A stretch of 39,069 nucleotides of DNA from positions 1 to 39,069 of the forward strand of contig JAFLUQ010000004.1 in assembly GCA_022508735.1 (NCBI GenBank), given 5' to 3'. The notes below the pieces were generated by a model. It ran no database searches. It had not been told where the DNA came from and worked only from the letters and a program-made list of their open reading frames with translations. Shown here in pieces: positions 30,207 through 39,069 of the stretch (its first letter is position 1; every line of letters starts with the position of its first letter). The position numbers and the translations under genes are program-made. This DNA is from Oscillospiraceae bacterium (GTDB lineage Bacteria > Bacillota > Clostridia > UMGS1883).

Positions 30207-32027
30207 CTATATTTCCACTTTAACATCATATTTTCTCATCCAATAGTTTATCTGCAGCATATATGCAATGGTCTGGGGCGTTGTCATGAGCTGGCCGTAC
30301 CAGGGCTGGGCCTTGTCGGCAGTGAACAGGCCCTCAAGGGCGGCCTTATCGGCGAGGCTGAGAAGAGGTGAGCCGCTGTCTTCAATAACCTCTCGGAGCA
30401 GGCCGGATACCGCCTTAAGATAACCGGGGTTATGGGTCTTCGGATAGGGACTCTTTTTGCGCCAGAGCACCTCCTCGGGCAGCAGGCCCTCCATGGCCTT
30501 GCGGAGCAGTCCCTTTTCACGCCCCTCGTAGTTCATATAATCCCACGGCACGCTGTACATATATTCCACGATGCTGATATCGCAGAAGGGCACACGGGCC
30601 TCCACGCCGCTGTACATGGTCATGAAGTCCTTGCGGCCAAGGAGCGTCTGCATGAACCAGTCAAAATTCAGGCGCATCATTTCCTTCATGCGGTCATCGG
30701 TGGGTGAATTGCCGCTGAGCTTATGAGCCTCGCTGACGGTCTTATAGTACCTTTCGGAAACATAATCCTGCGGTGCGATAAGGCTTTGCAGCTCAGGGCG
30801 GAGAAAGCTGTAGCGGTACATTGTGGACTGTGACCAAGGGAAGCCCTCGGCCATGCGGATAGTTTCGTCCCGATACCACGGATAACCGCCGAAGATCTCG
30901 TCGGCGCACTCTCCGCTGAGGCCCACCGAGAAATTCTTCTTTATCTCCCTGGCAAAGACTAAAAGCGAAGAATCCACGTCAACCATGCCGGGCAGGCCTC
31001 GGGCATCCACCGCCTCGAACAGGGCCTGAGTCAGCTCAGGCGTGTCAATAAGGATACGGTGGTTGGTCACGCCGAGAAAGCTGTTCATCATATTTATATA
31101 CGCTTCGTCGCTGTTAGGCTGGAACTTGCCGGGCGTAAAGTACTTGCCGTTGTCCACATAGTCTACGCTGTAGGTGTGGAGCTCCTTGCCGCGCGCGGCC
31201 AGCTCTTTGGCTGCCACAGCGGAAATTATGCTGGAATCCAGCCCACCGGAAAGGAAGGTAAAGATCGGTATATCTGACACTAACTGGCGCTTTATGGCAC
31301 TTACCACCAACTCCCGGGTGCGCTCTATGGTCTGCGGCAGAGTGTCGGTATGCTCGCGCTGTCGAAGCTCCCAGTATTTACGATAATTTAATTTTCCGTC
31401 CTTTACCATACCGCAGCAGGCCGGAGGCAGCTCCTTTATCCCCTTTAATACGCCACAGCCGGGCGTGCGTCCGGGGCCTATCAGGAACAATTCCTTTACA
31501 GAGCCTATGTCAATTATGGGTTTTATGTCTTTATGCCGGAGCAAAGCCGCCACCGATGAAGCAAACACGAAGCCGCCGCCTGTCTCAGCGTAAAAGAAGG
31601 GCTTAACGCCCATGCGGTCACGGGCGACGAACAGCTCATGACCGTTCCAGACGGCGAATGCAAAGATGCCGTTAAACAGGTTCAGGCAGTCCTCGCCCAG
31701 CTCCATATAGGCACGGAGAACCACCTCGGTGTCTGACGCGGTGGAAAATACCACTCCGCGCTCCTTGCATCTGTTACGTATATCGTCGGTGTTGTACAGT
31801 TCGCCGTTGTAGACTATGGTGTATCCGTCGCGAGTCATAGGCTGGAGACCGTTTTCCAGATCTATGACCGACAGGCGGGTGTGTATCAGCGCAGCGCCGT
31901 CATCGCTGAAAAAACCTCGCTGATCCGGCCCGCGCCTCCAGAGCTCCCGCTGCATCTCAAGCTGATAGTCCTCCATGGCAGTTTGTTTTTTTAGACGGGG
32001 GGAAATTTCCCCGGCAATTCCGCACAT
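30207..32027 (-). CDS. asnB: Asparagine synthase (glutamine-hydrolysing), 606 aa
   Basis: N-terminal nucleophile MCGI. GATase-2 region RLSVIDLENGLQPM...NGELYN. Synthetase PP-loop FLSGGLDSS. Confidence 0.9.
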   Translation of the reverse strand: MCGIAGEISPRLKKQTAMEDYQLEMQRELWRRGPDQRGFFSDDGAALIHTRLSVIDLENGLQPMTRDGYTIVYNGELYNTDDIRNRCKERGVVFSTASDTEVVLRAYMELGEDCLNLFNGIFAFAVWNGHELFVARDRMGVKPFFYAETGGGFVFASSVAALLRHKDIKPIIDIGSVKELFLIGPGRTPGCGVLKGIKELPPACCGMVKDGKLNYRKYWELRQREHTDTLPQTIERTRELVVSAIKRQLVSDIPIFTFLSGGLDSSIISAVAAKELAARGKELHTYSVDYVDNGKYFTPGKFQPNSDEAYINMMNSFLGVTNHRILIDTPELTQALFEAVDARGLPGMVDVDSSLLVFAREIKKNFSVGLSGECADEIFGGYPWYRDETIRMAEGFPWSQSTMYRYSFLRPELQSLIAPQDYVSERYYKTVSEAHKLSGNSPTDDRMKEMMRLNFDWFMQTLLGRKDFMTMYSGVEARVPFCDISIVEYMYSVPWDYMNYEGREKGLLRKAMEGLLPEEVLWRKKSPYPKTHNPGYLKAVSGLLREVIEDSGSPLLSLADKAALEGLFTADKAQPWYGQLMTTPQTIAYMLQINYWMRKYDVKVEI

Positions 32028-32042
32028 ATGATCACCTCACGG

Positions 32043-32933
32043 TTATATTATGCCGCACCGCTGCATTACGATACAAGCGAGCCCGGCCATGGCAGACGAG
32101 ATAATTTTCCCTATATAGTAATACCTCTTTGATAGATCAGGAGCGACGGCCTCGGTCTGGAAGTGCACACTGAGGCCGCCCCAGCTTAAGTACGCCGCTG
32201 ACAGCGGCAGGGCGGCTGAGCCGAAGCGTCCCAGCTCCTGCACGCCACGTGATACCTCTATCAACCCCACCATAAGCGGAAAGCGGCTGAGCCGCAGAGC
32301 TTCGATAATGGCGGAAAAGGTTATGATGAGCGCGCACACGCTGACTATGGCCGCGCCGCTCTCACGGGCGGCTCTTCCAAATAGCACACCTGCGCCGGGA
32401 GGCCTTACCCGCACCGGAGCCGTGCCGCTCCCCCTGCTGCCGCGCCCGAATACCAGCGCCGCGGCGACCGCCCCGATGCAGTGACAGAGGTAGAGCATTA
32501 ACCCTATCCTCGTGCTGCCGTATACATTAGCTCCGGCAGTGCCGATTATGAACAGCGGGCCGCTGTTGTTACAAAACGCCAACGCTTTTTCTCCGCTCGA
32601 TTTAGTCATGAGCCCGCCGTCCACCGCTGAGGCCACGGTCCGCGCGCCGCAGGGATAGCCGCCTATGAGCCCGGTCATGAGGCACATTGCCCCGGCGGAG
32701 TCTATGCCGAGCATCGGCCCGAGCATAGGGCTGAGGAGCCGCCCCAGTTTCAGACCCCAGCCGCTCTCCACAGCTATGGAGCTCAGCAGCATAAAGGGCA
32801 GCAGCGACGGCACCACAGCCCGGAGGCATATATCCAGCCCCAGCCCGGCTCCCCGAAGAGCCGCATCCGGGAAGATCACCAGCGCAAGGCAGAGGAATAC
32901 AGCATACACGCAAAAACTCCCTTTCGTTTTCAT
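32043..32933 (-). CDS. ylbJ: Sporulation integral membrane protein YlbJ-like (nucleoside-recognition/Gate domain)
   Basis: FPDAALRGAGLGLDICLRAVVPSLLPFMLLS and GGYPCGA parallel the B. subtilis YlbJ N-terminus as recalled. The start is uncertain: candidates are ATG 32966, ATG 32933, or GTG 32909, the last with AAGGGAG 7 nt upstream. Confidence 0.7.
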   Translation of the reverse strand: MKTKGSFCVYAVFLCLALVIFPDAALRGAGLGLDICLRAVVPSLLPFMLLSSIAVESGWGLKLGRLLSPMLGPMLGIDSAGAMCLMTGLIGGYPCGARTVASAVDGGLMTKSSGEKALAFCNNSGPLFIIGTAGANVYGSTRIGLMLYLCHCIGAVAAALVFGRGSRGSGTAPVRVRPPGAGVLFGRAARESGAAIVSVCALIITFSAIIEALRLSRFPLMVGLIEVSRGVQELGRFGSAALPLSAAYLSWGGLSVHFQTEAVAPDLSKRYYYIGKIISSAMAGLACIVMQRCGII

Positions 32934-33005
32934 TTGTATAATGTATGTTTTGCCTCGTAAAAACATAACATTTTAAGTAGATAAAGGTAAAGAGGTGTAG
33001 CACAG

Positions 33006-33242
33006 GTGAATTCAGACATAGATCAGGCCATCGGTCGATACTCGCTGATAACCATAACAGGCGGCAGCGAGATCATGGTAGAGGGGCTAAGAGGAATTCT
33101 TGATTATGATGCGGAAACCTTCCGCGTAAACACAATAAACGGCATAGTCGTCGTCACAGGCAGAAATTTGGAAATTTCCGCACTGACGGCGGAGGAGGTC
33201 ATTCTCAAAGGGAGGATTTCCTCGGTGGAATTTTGTTTGTAG
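33006..33242 (+). CDS. yqfC: Sporulation protein YqfC (YabP family), 78 aa, GTG start
   Basis: YabP-like pattern: ITITGGSEIMVEGLRGILDYDAETFRVNT...VVTGRNLEISALTAEEVILKGRISSVEF. AGAGGTG lies 8 nt upstream. It is followed by yqfD, as in Bacillus. Confidence 0.85.
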   Translation: MNSDIDQAIGRYSLITITGGSEIMVEGLRGILDYDAETFRVNTINGIVVVTGRNLEISALTAEEVILKGRISSVEFCL

Positions 33243-33254
33243 GGAGGCGACACT

Positions 33255-34394
33255 GTGCGCGATGTAACGCTTAAGCTTAAGAGCAGCTTCACGGTGGAAG
33301 TGAGGGGTGAGCGGCCGGAGCGGTTTCTGAACGTTGCAGCTGCAAAAGGGATATATGTTTCAGATGTCAGGCGGGTGGCGGGCGGGCTCAGGCTCCGGCT
33401 GAGCCGCGCGGCGCGGCGGATCATGGAGAAGGAAATGCCTCAGGGTCTCGAGATGGAGCCTGTGCGGGAACACGGAGCACCCAAAGTTATTCGGCGGTTT
33501 AAAAAGCGGTATCTTTTGCTTGGCGGCGCGGCAATGCTTACGGCAGCACTGATAGGCTTTTCGCAGTTTGTGTGGCGGGTGGAGCTATCGGGAGGAACGC
33601 AGGAGCTTCAGGCCGAGGCGGCGGCCTTTCTTGAGGAGCAGGGCATACACCCCGGCATACTTAAAAGCTGCATAAACCAGAACGAAATAAAACGAGAGGC
33701 TATTCTTGCCATGGACGATCTGATGTGGCTCTGGGTAGATCTGCAGGGCACAACGGCCTATGTGCGGCTGGCGGACCGCCGGCTGCCGCCGGAGAGCCTT
33801 GCCACTGAGCCGGGCAACGTCATTGCCTGCGAGACCGGAGTAGTGGAACAGCTGACGGTGCTGGACGGCAAAGCCGTCGTGGGTGAGCTGGAGACCGTTG
33901 AAAAAGGCAGCGTGCTCATAAGCGGCATCATCCCCAGCGACCGCATTGAGGAACCAATAATCCGTCACGCACGGGGAAGCGTTATAGCCCGCGTATGGCG
34001 CGACAAAACCGAGATAATTCCCAAAACTATCGAAAAAAGAAACAGAACCGGTGAAGCAAAAAACATAAAATCAATAAAAATAAAAAAATTTATTGTAAAT
34101 TTTTCATTAAACAGTAGCATTTTGTACCCAAAGTATGATAGAATAAGAACTAAGTATAGGCTGGGACCGGTAGAGCTTATAAACGACGAGTACGCTGAGG
34201 TAGAGACCGAGACAGAAACTGTAGACACCGAGGCCGAGGCAGCTCGCGCCCGTGAGGAGTTCGAACGGGAGATTTTGAGCAGCGGGGCCGAACTGATTTC
34301 AGTTACCGAAAGCCGCACAGACCTTGGCGACCGGTTAGAGCTGTCGATGACAGCCGAGTGTCTGGCTGATATAGCTATTGAAATGCCAATGTAA
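33255..34394 (+). CDS. yqfD: Sporulation protein YqfD, 379 aa, GTG start
   Basis: Size, the central TM segment (LLLGGAAMLTAALIGFSQFVWRVEL) and the position between yqfC and phoH match YqfD. GGGAGG lies 7 nt upstream. Confidence 0.8.
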   Translation: MRDVTLKLKSSFTVEVRGERPERFLNVAAAKGIYVSDVRRVAGGLRLRLSRAARRIMEKEMPQGLEMEPVREHGAPKVIRRFKKRYLLLGGAAMLTAALIGFSQFVWRVELSGGTQELQAEAAAFLEEQGIHPGILKSCINQNEIKREAILAMDDLMWLWVDLQGTTAYVRLADRRLPPESLATEPGNVIACETGVVEQLTVLDGKAVVGELETVEKGSVLISGIIPSDRIEEPIIRHARGSVIARVWRDKTEIIPKTIEKRNRTGEAKNIKSIKIKKFIVNFSLNSSILYPKYDRIRTKYRLGPVELINDEYAEVETETETVDTEAEAARAREEFEREILSSGAELISVTESRTDLGDRLELSMTAECLADIAIEMPM

Positions 34395-34429
34395 ATAAGG
34401 CAATAAATACAAAGGGGAAGAACAAAGTA

Positions 34430-35413
34430 ATGGAAAGAACCTATGAAGCAAAAAGCATGGACAGCGTAATGAGCGTGTTCGGCAGCTTCGACCAGAACGT
34501 CAAGCTCATTGAACGTGAAATGGACGTTAAAATATCCAACTCAGACAATGTGATAAAAATGACAGGCCCGGACGCCGACAAGGCTGCCCGGGTAGTTGAG
34601 CAGCTTGCCGAGACTGCCGAGAGCGGCGAGGAGCTGAATGAGCAGAACGTGCGTTATGCCATATTCATGGCGAATGAGGGCATTGAATATGTGCCCGCAG
34701 CCAAGGGAGACTACATCTGCCTGACCGGCAAAGGCAAGCCCATAAAGTGCAAGACCCAGGGCCAGAAGGACTATATCCAGAAGATAAAAGACAACGTTGT
34801 GACTATTGCCATAGGCCCTGCCGGCACCGGCAAGACCTATCTGGCCGTAGCCATGGCGGTGGACTCCTTTCGCCGCAAGGAGGTCAGCAAAATAATCCTG
34901 ACCCGTCCAGCTGTTGAGGCCGGAGAAAAGCTGGGCTTTCTGCCCGGAGACCTTCAGATGAAGGTAGACCCGTACCTGCGCCCGCTCTATGACGCGCTTG
35001 GGGACATGCTCGGCATGGAGAATTACCAGAAGTATCTGGAGCGCGGCATAATAGAGATCGCACCGCTGGCATATATGCGCGGCCGAACTCTGGACGACGC
35101 CTATATCATACTTGACGAGGCTCAGAATACCACCCCGGAACAGATGAAAATGTTTCTGACCCGAATAGGCTTTGGCAGCCATGCCGTCATTACCGGCGAC
35201 GTGACCCAGATCGACCTGCCCCGGGGCGTGAGAAGCGGCCTTAAGGACGCTGTAAAGATACTGAAAAACATTGAAGGACTTTCGGTAGTGACACTGACAG
35301 AAAGAGACGTTGTGCGCCACCCGCTGGTGCAGAAGATAATTGCAGCATACGAAAGGCATGAAAGAAGAGAAGAACGAAGAGAAGAGAGAAGGGAAACTCA
35401 CAATGCTCAGTAA
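34430..35413 (+). CDS. phoH: PhoH-family ATPase, 327 aa
   Basis: Walker A GPAGTGKTYLAVA, Walker B ILDEAQN, and GDVTQIDLP. There is an unusual Arg/Glu-rich C-terminal tail, ERHERREERREERRE. Confidence 0.9.
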   Translation: MERTYEAKSMDSVMSVFGSFDQNVKLIEREMDVKISNSDNVIKMTGPDADKAARVVEQLAETAESGEELNEQNVRYAIFMANEGIEYVPAAKGDYICLTGKGKPIKCKTQGQKDYIQKIKDNVVTIAIGPAGTGKTYLAVAMAVDSFRRKEVSKIILTRPAVEAGEKLGFLPGDLQMKVDPYLRPLYDALGDMLGMENYQKYLERGIIEIAPLAYMRGRTLDDAYIILDEAQNTTPEQMKMFLTRIGFGSHAVITGDVTQIDLPRGVRSGLKDAVKILKNIEGLSVVTLTERDVVRHPLVQKIIAAYERHERREERREERRETHNAQ

Positions 35414-37409
35414 AAAAAGAGCAGACTATGCCAAGGTGGGGCTTATAACCCTGCTGGCTTTTATGGCCCTGCTCTCCGTCAGCCTGACGTCCGGGCAGAC
35501 CGGCCAGTTTGAGCTATCCGCAGGGGATATATCTCCTGCCGACATCTATGCTCCCAGGGCTATTGTGGACAAGACTACCACCGCGGCTCTCAGGGACGCT
35601 GCCATGAAAAGCGTGCAGCCGGTCTACAGTCTGGATAACGACCTGACCGTGGCCGCCGTTGACCGCCTGAATGCCTTTTTCGCCGCCGCCACCACAGTGC
35701 GGGCCGAAGAGGAGTACGATCAGTCGGCACGGGCCATTCAGCTCGAGGCCCGTTCCAAGCTTGATATCGACGAGACCTGCTATACCGCCATTGCCGCCAT
35801 GTCCGATGCGGCCTTTGACAGGCTGAAGGGCGTTGTGGACTGTGTGGATTCGGTCATGAGCGAGGGCGTGGAGAATGCCGCCGACGGCATTGAGCTTTGC
35901 CGCGGCAAAATTGAAGCTCTGGGGCTGGCCGAGCCGGCCGAGGCCGTGGCCGTGGCGCTTGCACAGTCAGTCATAGCCGAAAACCTGCATATTGATGAAA
36001 GTGAAACGAGCAGCCGCCGCGAAGCCGCCGCAGGTGCCGTGGCTACTGTTGACTATAAAAAGAATCAGACTCTGGTGCGCAGGGGCGAGATAGTGACTCA
36101 GGCGCAGTTAGACATGATGTCTGAGCTGGGCCTCTTAAAGGGCTCCAGTCCTCTGAGCCGCCGCTATATAATCGGTATTTGTGTTACGCTCGTGCTCCTC
36201 TTCGGGATTTTTGCGGCGTACGTGCTGTTCTGCGATCAGGAGCTTGGGCATAGCCCAAACAAGCTCGTAATTATCGCCATCGTAAGCTTTATAGCCGTTG
36301 CAATGGAGTTTTACATAGGAAGAAACGTATCTGACTTTTTCCGCGCCATGCTGCCTGTGGGGCTGCTGGCGGCCATAATCACCATATTTGTGAACGCGCG
36401 TGTGGCACTCTTGGTAAATATGTGCGTCGGTGTGCTCGGAGCCATAGGTGCTCAGCACGACTGGGGCTATGGGATCTGCCTTATACTGAGCGGCAGCATA
36501 ACCGCATTCAGCTATAGCCGCGTTCGCCGAAGAACGCATCTTATCCCCGCAACGCTGCTCTGCTCAATCGGCAATGCGGTCGTGTTTGCCGCCATGGCTC
36601 TGCTGGAGACCGAAGACGGCAGAGGCATTGCAATGAACGCCTTTGCCGGGCTCCTTGGCGGATTTTTGTCAGGCATTATAACCGCCGGCTCACTGCCCTT
36701 CTGGGAGTGGGGCTTCGACGTACTGACGCCCATCAAGCTTGGTGAGCTGAGCAATCCCGAGAGCCGCCTGTTAAAGAAGCTGCTCATACAGGCCCCCGGC
36801 ACCTACCACCACTCTCTTACCGTGGCAAATATCGCCGAGATAGCCGCGCGTGAGATAGGGGCCGACAGTGTGCTTGCCCGCGTTGGAGCTTACTATCACG
36901 ACATAGGCAAGATAAATCATCCGCTTTATTTCAAAGAAAATCAGTATAACGAAAATCCTCATGACAACATGGAGTATGAGGACAGCGCAAAATCGATCAT
37001 TGCCCACGTGGAGGACGGAGCAGCCATTGCCCGCCAGCACCACCTGCCAAAGGGCATAAGAGATATAATCGCTCAGCATCACGGCACTACTGCCACCGGA
37101 TATTTCCTTAAACGCGCGCTTAAGGATAATCCGAACCGCGACACCTCGGTTTTCTACTATCCCGGCCCCAGGCCTCAAACACGGGAGGCGGCGATAGTCA
37201 TGCTCAGCGATGGCTGCGAGGCCGCTGTGCGGAGCCTCAGCAGCAAGGAGGAGGCCGAGATCGACAAAATGGTGCGCGGAATCATAAGCGCCCGCGTAAA
37301 TGAGGGCCAGCTCGACGAGTGTGATCTGACCTTCGGCGAGCTTAAAATAGTAACTGACACTATAATCAAGACCCTCGGCGGCTATTTCCACGAGCGGATT
37401 CAATATTAA
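35403..37409 (+). CDS. pgpH: 7TM-HD membrane phosphohydrolase (PgpH/YqfF family), 668 aa
   Basis: N-terminal extracellular domain, then 7 TM helices, then an HD domain with HHSLTVANIA and YYHDIGK. Start re-called to the ATG at 35403 (MLSKKRADYAKVGLI), overlapping the phoH end by 11 nt. Confidence 0.85.
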   Translation: MLSKKRADYAKVGLITLLAFMALLSVSLTSGQTGQFELSAGDISPADIYAPRAIVDKTTTAALRDAAMKSVQPVYSLDNDLTVAAVDRLNAFFAAATTVRAEEEYDQSARAIQLEARSKLDIDETCYTAIAAMSDAAFDRLKGVVDCVDSVMSEGVENAADGIELCRGKIEALGLAEPAEAVAVALAQSVIAENLHIDESETSSRREAAAGAVATVDYKKNQTLVRRGEIVTQAQLDMMSELGLLKGSSPLSRRYIIGICVTLVLLFGIFAAYVLFCDQELGHSPNKLVIIAIVSFIAVAMEFYIGRNVSDFFRAMLPVGLLAAIITIFVNARVALLVNMCVGVLGAIGAQHDWGYGICLILSGSITAFSYSRVRRRTHLIPATLLCSIGNAVVFAAMALLETEDGRGIAMNAFAGLLGGFLSGIITAGSLPFWEWGFDVLTPIKLGELSNPESRLLKKLLIQAPGTYHHSLTVANIAEIAAREIGADSVLARVGAYYHDIGKINHPLYFKENQYNENPHDNMEYEDSAKSIIAHVEDGAAIARQHHLPKGIRDIIAQHHGTTATGYFLKRALKDNPNRDTSVFYYPGPRPQTREAAIVMLSDGCEAAVRSLSSKEEAEIDKMVRGIISARVNEGQLDECDLTFGELKIVTDTIIKTLGGYFHERIQY

Positions 37410-37434
37410 AGTATACAAAGGAAAGAGGATCACC

Positions 37435-37923
37435 ATGATAGAATACATTATTGAAGATGAACAGGACAAAGTTGAATTTACTCCCGAGCTGGAGGAGATC
37501 GTGCAAAGCGCCGTTATGGCCACAATGGAGGTGCTGGAATGTCAGGACACCGACTGTGAGGTCAGCGTGCTGCTCACGGACAATGAGGGTATTCGGGCCA
37601 TAAACAGGGAGACACGGGATATCGACGCTCCCACCGACGTACTCAGCTTCCCTATTCTGGAATTTGACGACGACGGAGTTATGATCGAGGAAAGCGGGGA
37701 TTACGACGGAGATCTACTGCTGTTAGGCGATATTGTTATATCCCTCGAACGCGCCAAGGCTCAGGCTGAGGAGTACGGCCACAGCCTTAAGCGCGAGGTG
37801 GGCTTTCTCACCGCTCACAGCACACTTCACCTCATGGGCTTTGACCATCAGGGCGAGGAGGACACTCCTGTAATGCAGGCCCATGAAAGAGCTGTTATGG
37901 AAAAATTGGGCCTGACGAGGTGA
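37435..37923 (+). CDS. ybeY: rRNA maturation endoribonuclease YbeY, 162 aa
   Basis: Metal-binding motif HSTLHLMGFDH and the upstream TDVLSFP. Confidence 0.92.
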   Translation: MIEYIIEDEQDKVEFTPELEEIVQSAVMATMEVLECQDTDCEVSVLLTDNEGIRAINRETRDIDAPTDVLSFPILEFDDDGVMIEESGDYDGDLLLLGDIVISLERAKAQAEEYGHSLKREVGFLTAHSTLHLMGFDHQGEEDTPVMQAHERAVMEKLGLTR

Positions 37924-37926
37924 AAA

Positions 37927-38313
37927 ATGGCTAAGTCTCATTCACTATCCGAAAGCTTTCGCCATGCTATAGACGGCTTTGCGGACGCGGTAAAATCCGA
38001 GCGGAACATGAAGATACACTGCGCCGCCACGGTCATAATTACGGTTTTTGCCTTTACGCTGGGTCTCAGCATCGGAGAAAAGGCCGTGCTGCTGATTCTT
38101 TGCGGTCTTGTAATCGCGGCGGAGCTGTTCAACACCGCCCTCGAAAACACCGTTGACCTGGCCTCACCGGAGCTCCACCCTTTGGCAAAGCGCGCTAAGG
38201 ACAGCGCCGCGGCCGCGGTATTTATAATGAGCATAACCGCCGCCGTAGTCGGAATTATAATATTCTGGCCCTACGGCATGGAAATTTTAGATAATATACA
38301 ACATCTGATATGA
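37927..38313 (+). CDS. dgkA: Diacylglycerol kinase family protein (DgkA/undecaprenol kinase type), 128 aa
   Basis: Small 3-TM protein with SFRHAIDGF and AELFNTALE motifs. It occupies the conserved position between ybeY and era. Confidence 0.85.
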   Translation: MAKSHSLSESFRHAIDGFADAVKSERNMKIHCAATVIITVFAFTLGLSIGEKAVLLILCGLVIAAELFNTALENTVDLASPELHPLAKRAKDSAAAAVFIMSITAAVVGIIIFWPYGMEILDNIQHLI

Positions 38314-38323
38314 GAGGTGTAAC

Positions 38324-39069
38324 ATGGAAGATAAAAAACTTAAATCCGGTTTCGTGGCGGTGCTTGGCCGCCCCAACGTGGGAAAGTCCACACTTATCAA
38401 TGCTTTGACCGGGCAGAAGGTGGCGATAGTTTCGCCCAAGCCTCAGACCACCCGCAGCAATATGGTCGCCATTGACAACGGTGACGGCTATCAGATCATA
38501 TTCACCGACACTCCCGGCGTGCACCGCCCACGCACCCGCCTTGGCGAGTTCATGAATGACTCCGCACTTAAGGCCGCCGGAGACGTTGACTGTGCAGTGT
38601 TGGTTGTCGAGGCGGGCCGCGACGTCTATGACATAGAAAAAGAGCTGATCACCGGGTTGAAGGAGAAAAAAATCCCCGTTGTGCTGGTAATAAACAAAGT
38701 CGACACCGTCAGCCGTGAGGCCCTTCTTCCCCAGATAAGCGCCTTTGCGGAGCTCACTGACTTCGCCGCTGTTGTGCCGATCTCCGCCCGCCGACGCGAA
38801 GTCTCCGACGTGAGAAAGGAGATCCTCGCACTTCTGCCCGAAGGTCCGATGTACTACCCCGACGACATTGCCGCCGACCGTAGCCTGAGAGACATGTGCG
38901 CCGAGATAATCCGTGAAAAAATACTCCGCCTGCTTGACCGCGAAGTGCCCCACGGCACCGCCGTTGAGATAGAAAAAATGGAGGAGGGCGAGGAGCTTAC
39001 CCGCATCAGCGCGGTCATCTACTGCGAAAAGAGCAGCCATAAGCCCATAATCATCGGCAAGGGCGGCGA
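38324..39069 (+). CDS. era: GTPase Era, N-terminal roughly 248 codons; the gene runs off the window end
   Basis: My own translation gives MEDKKLKSGFVAVLGRPNVGKSTLINALTGQKVAIVSPKPQTTR...FTDTPGV...NKVD. G1, G3 and G4 motifs are present. AGAGGTG lies upstream of the ATG at 38324. The gene is not in the ORF track because no stop falls inside the window. The listed minus-strand ORF 38255..39040 is its antisense shadow. Confidence 0.9.
   Translation, partial: MEDKKLKSGFVAVLGRPNVGKSTLINALTGQKVAIVSPKPQTTRSNMVAIDNGDGYQIIFTDTPGVHRPRTRLGEFMNDSALKAAGDVDCAVLVVEAGRDVYDIEKELITGLKEKKIPVVLVINKVDTVSREALLPQISAFAELTDFAAVVPISARRREVSDVRKEILALLPEGPMYYPDDIAADRSLRDMCAEIIREKILRLLDREVPHGTAVEIEKMEEGEELTRISAVIYCEKSSHKPIIIGKGG

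Noticed and set aside
30062-30229. The N-terminal 56-codon extension of the giant protein 2 ORF, which overlaps the 3' end of asnB.
   Set aside because: The extension covers the asnB terminator hairpin and a good promoter. The internal ATG at 30061 has a GGGAGGA SD and opens directly onto a canonical signal peptide.
30207-32027. asnB as a lasso-peptide cyclase or other RiPP enzyme acting on the nearby mini-ORF.
   Set aside because: The protein has the full Ntn Cys2 glutaminase domain and the length of a genuine asparagine synthase B. It is separated from the mini-ORF by the 4-kb giant gene and a terminator. Cassette 1 has no AsnB-like neighbour. No B1/B2 protease or RRE genes are present.
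34020-34160. A strongly AT-rich island of about 130 nt inside the otherwise G+C-rich yqfD, considered as an insertion or internal promoter.
   Set aside because: The reading frame is uninterrupted. The encoded Lys/Ile/Asn-rich segment (NIKSIKIKKFIVNFSLNS...) falls where B. subtilis YqfD has an equivalent segment. No convincing -35/-10 pair was found.
35349-35400. A purine-rich (GA)n-like tract at the phoH 3' end, encoding ERHERREERREERRE.
   Set aside because: It is a low-complexity coding tail that also provides the SD region for the overlapping pgpH start. There is no evidence for a separate element or for slippage or a frameshift.
38255-39040. A 261-aa minus-strand ORF at the right end of the window.
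   Set aside because: The plus strand here encodes a textbook Era GTPase starting at 38324. Era was missed by the track only because it has no in-window stop. The minus-strand ORF is its shadow.
1-39069. A scan of the whole window for CRISPR arrays, IS elements or transposases, integrases, rRNA, and long direct or inverted repeats flanking the two cassettes.
   Set aside because: None was found by eye. The cassette flanks (promoter and terminator regions) share no repeat with each other. There is therefore no evidence that the cassettes are currently mobile units.

Overview
The window looks like chromosomal backbone from a spore-forming Firmicute, probably a Clostridia or Oscillospiraceae-like lineage. 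That placement is inferred from gene content and order and from G+C-rich housekeeping genes. Almost all of it is tightly packed conserved genes. On the minus strand: tRNA-Ala 3' end, XRE regulator, M24 aminopeptidase, a secreted GH43 enzyme, then recA, cinA-like, thiI, cysteine desulfurase, PNPOx-like, two ABC exporter half-transporters and a ParC-like topoisomerase subunit. On the plus strand: yqeG, an aroE-aroK fusion, a THF riboswitch with folT and folC, and the sporulation and ribosome-maturation cluster yqfC-yqfD-phoH-pgpH-ybeY-dgkA-era. asnB and ylbJ lie on the minus strand. An unlisted 24-codon spoVM gene sits at 4997..5071. The standout is a pair of paralogous two-gene cassettes on the minus strand, 5133..9794 and 25810..30061. 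Each encodes a signal-peptide-bearing modular protein of more than 1300 aa. A homologous 57-59 aa mini-ORF follows 13-15 nt downstream, with its GGAGG abutting the upstream stop codon. The two giant proteins share N- and C-terminal modules but carry different central cargo: a BNR_4-like propeller plus LamG domains in one, a PI-PLC-X-like domain in the other. They have visibly lower G+C than their neighbours. I cannot assign the shared termini or the mini-ORFs to any named family. No CRISPR array, IS element, integrase or rRNA was seen.
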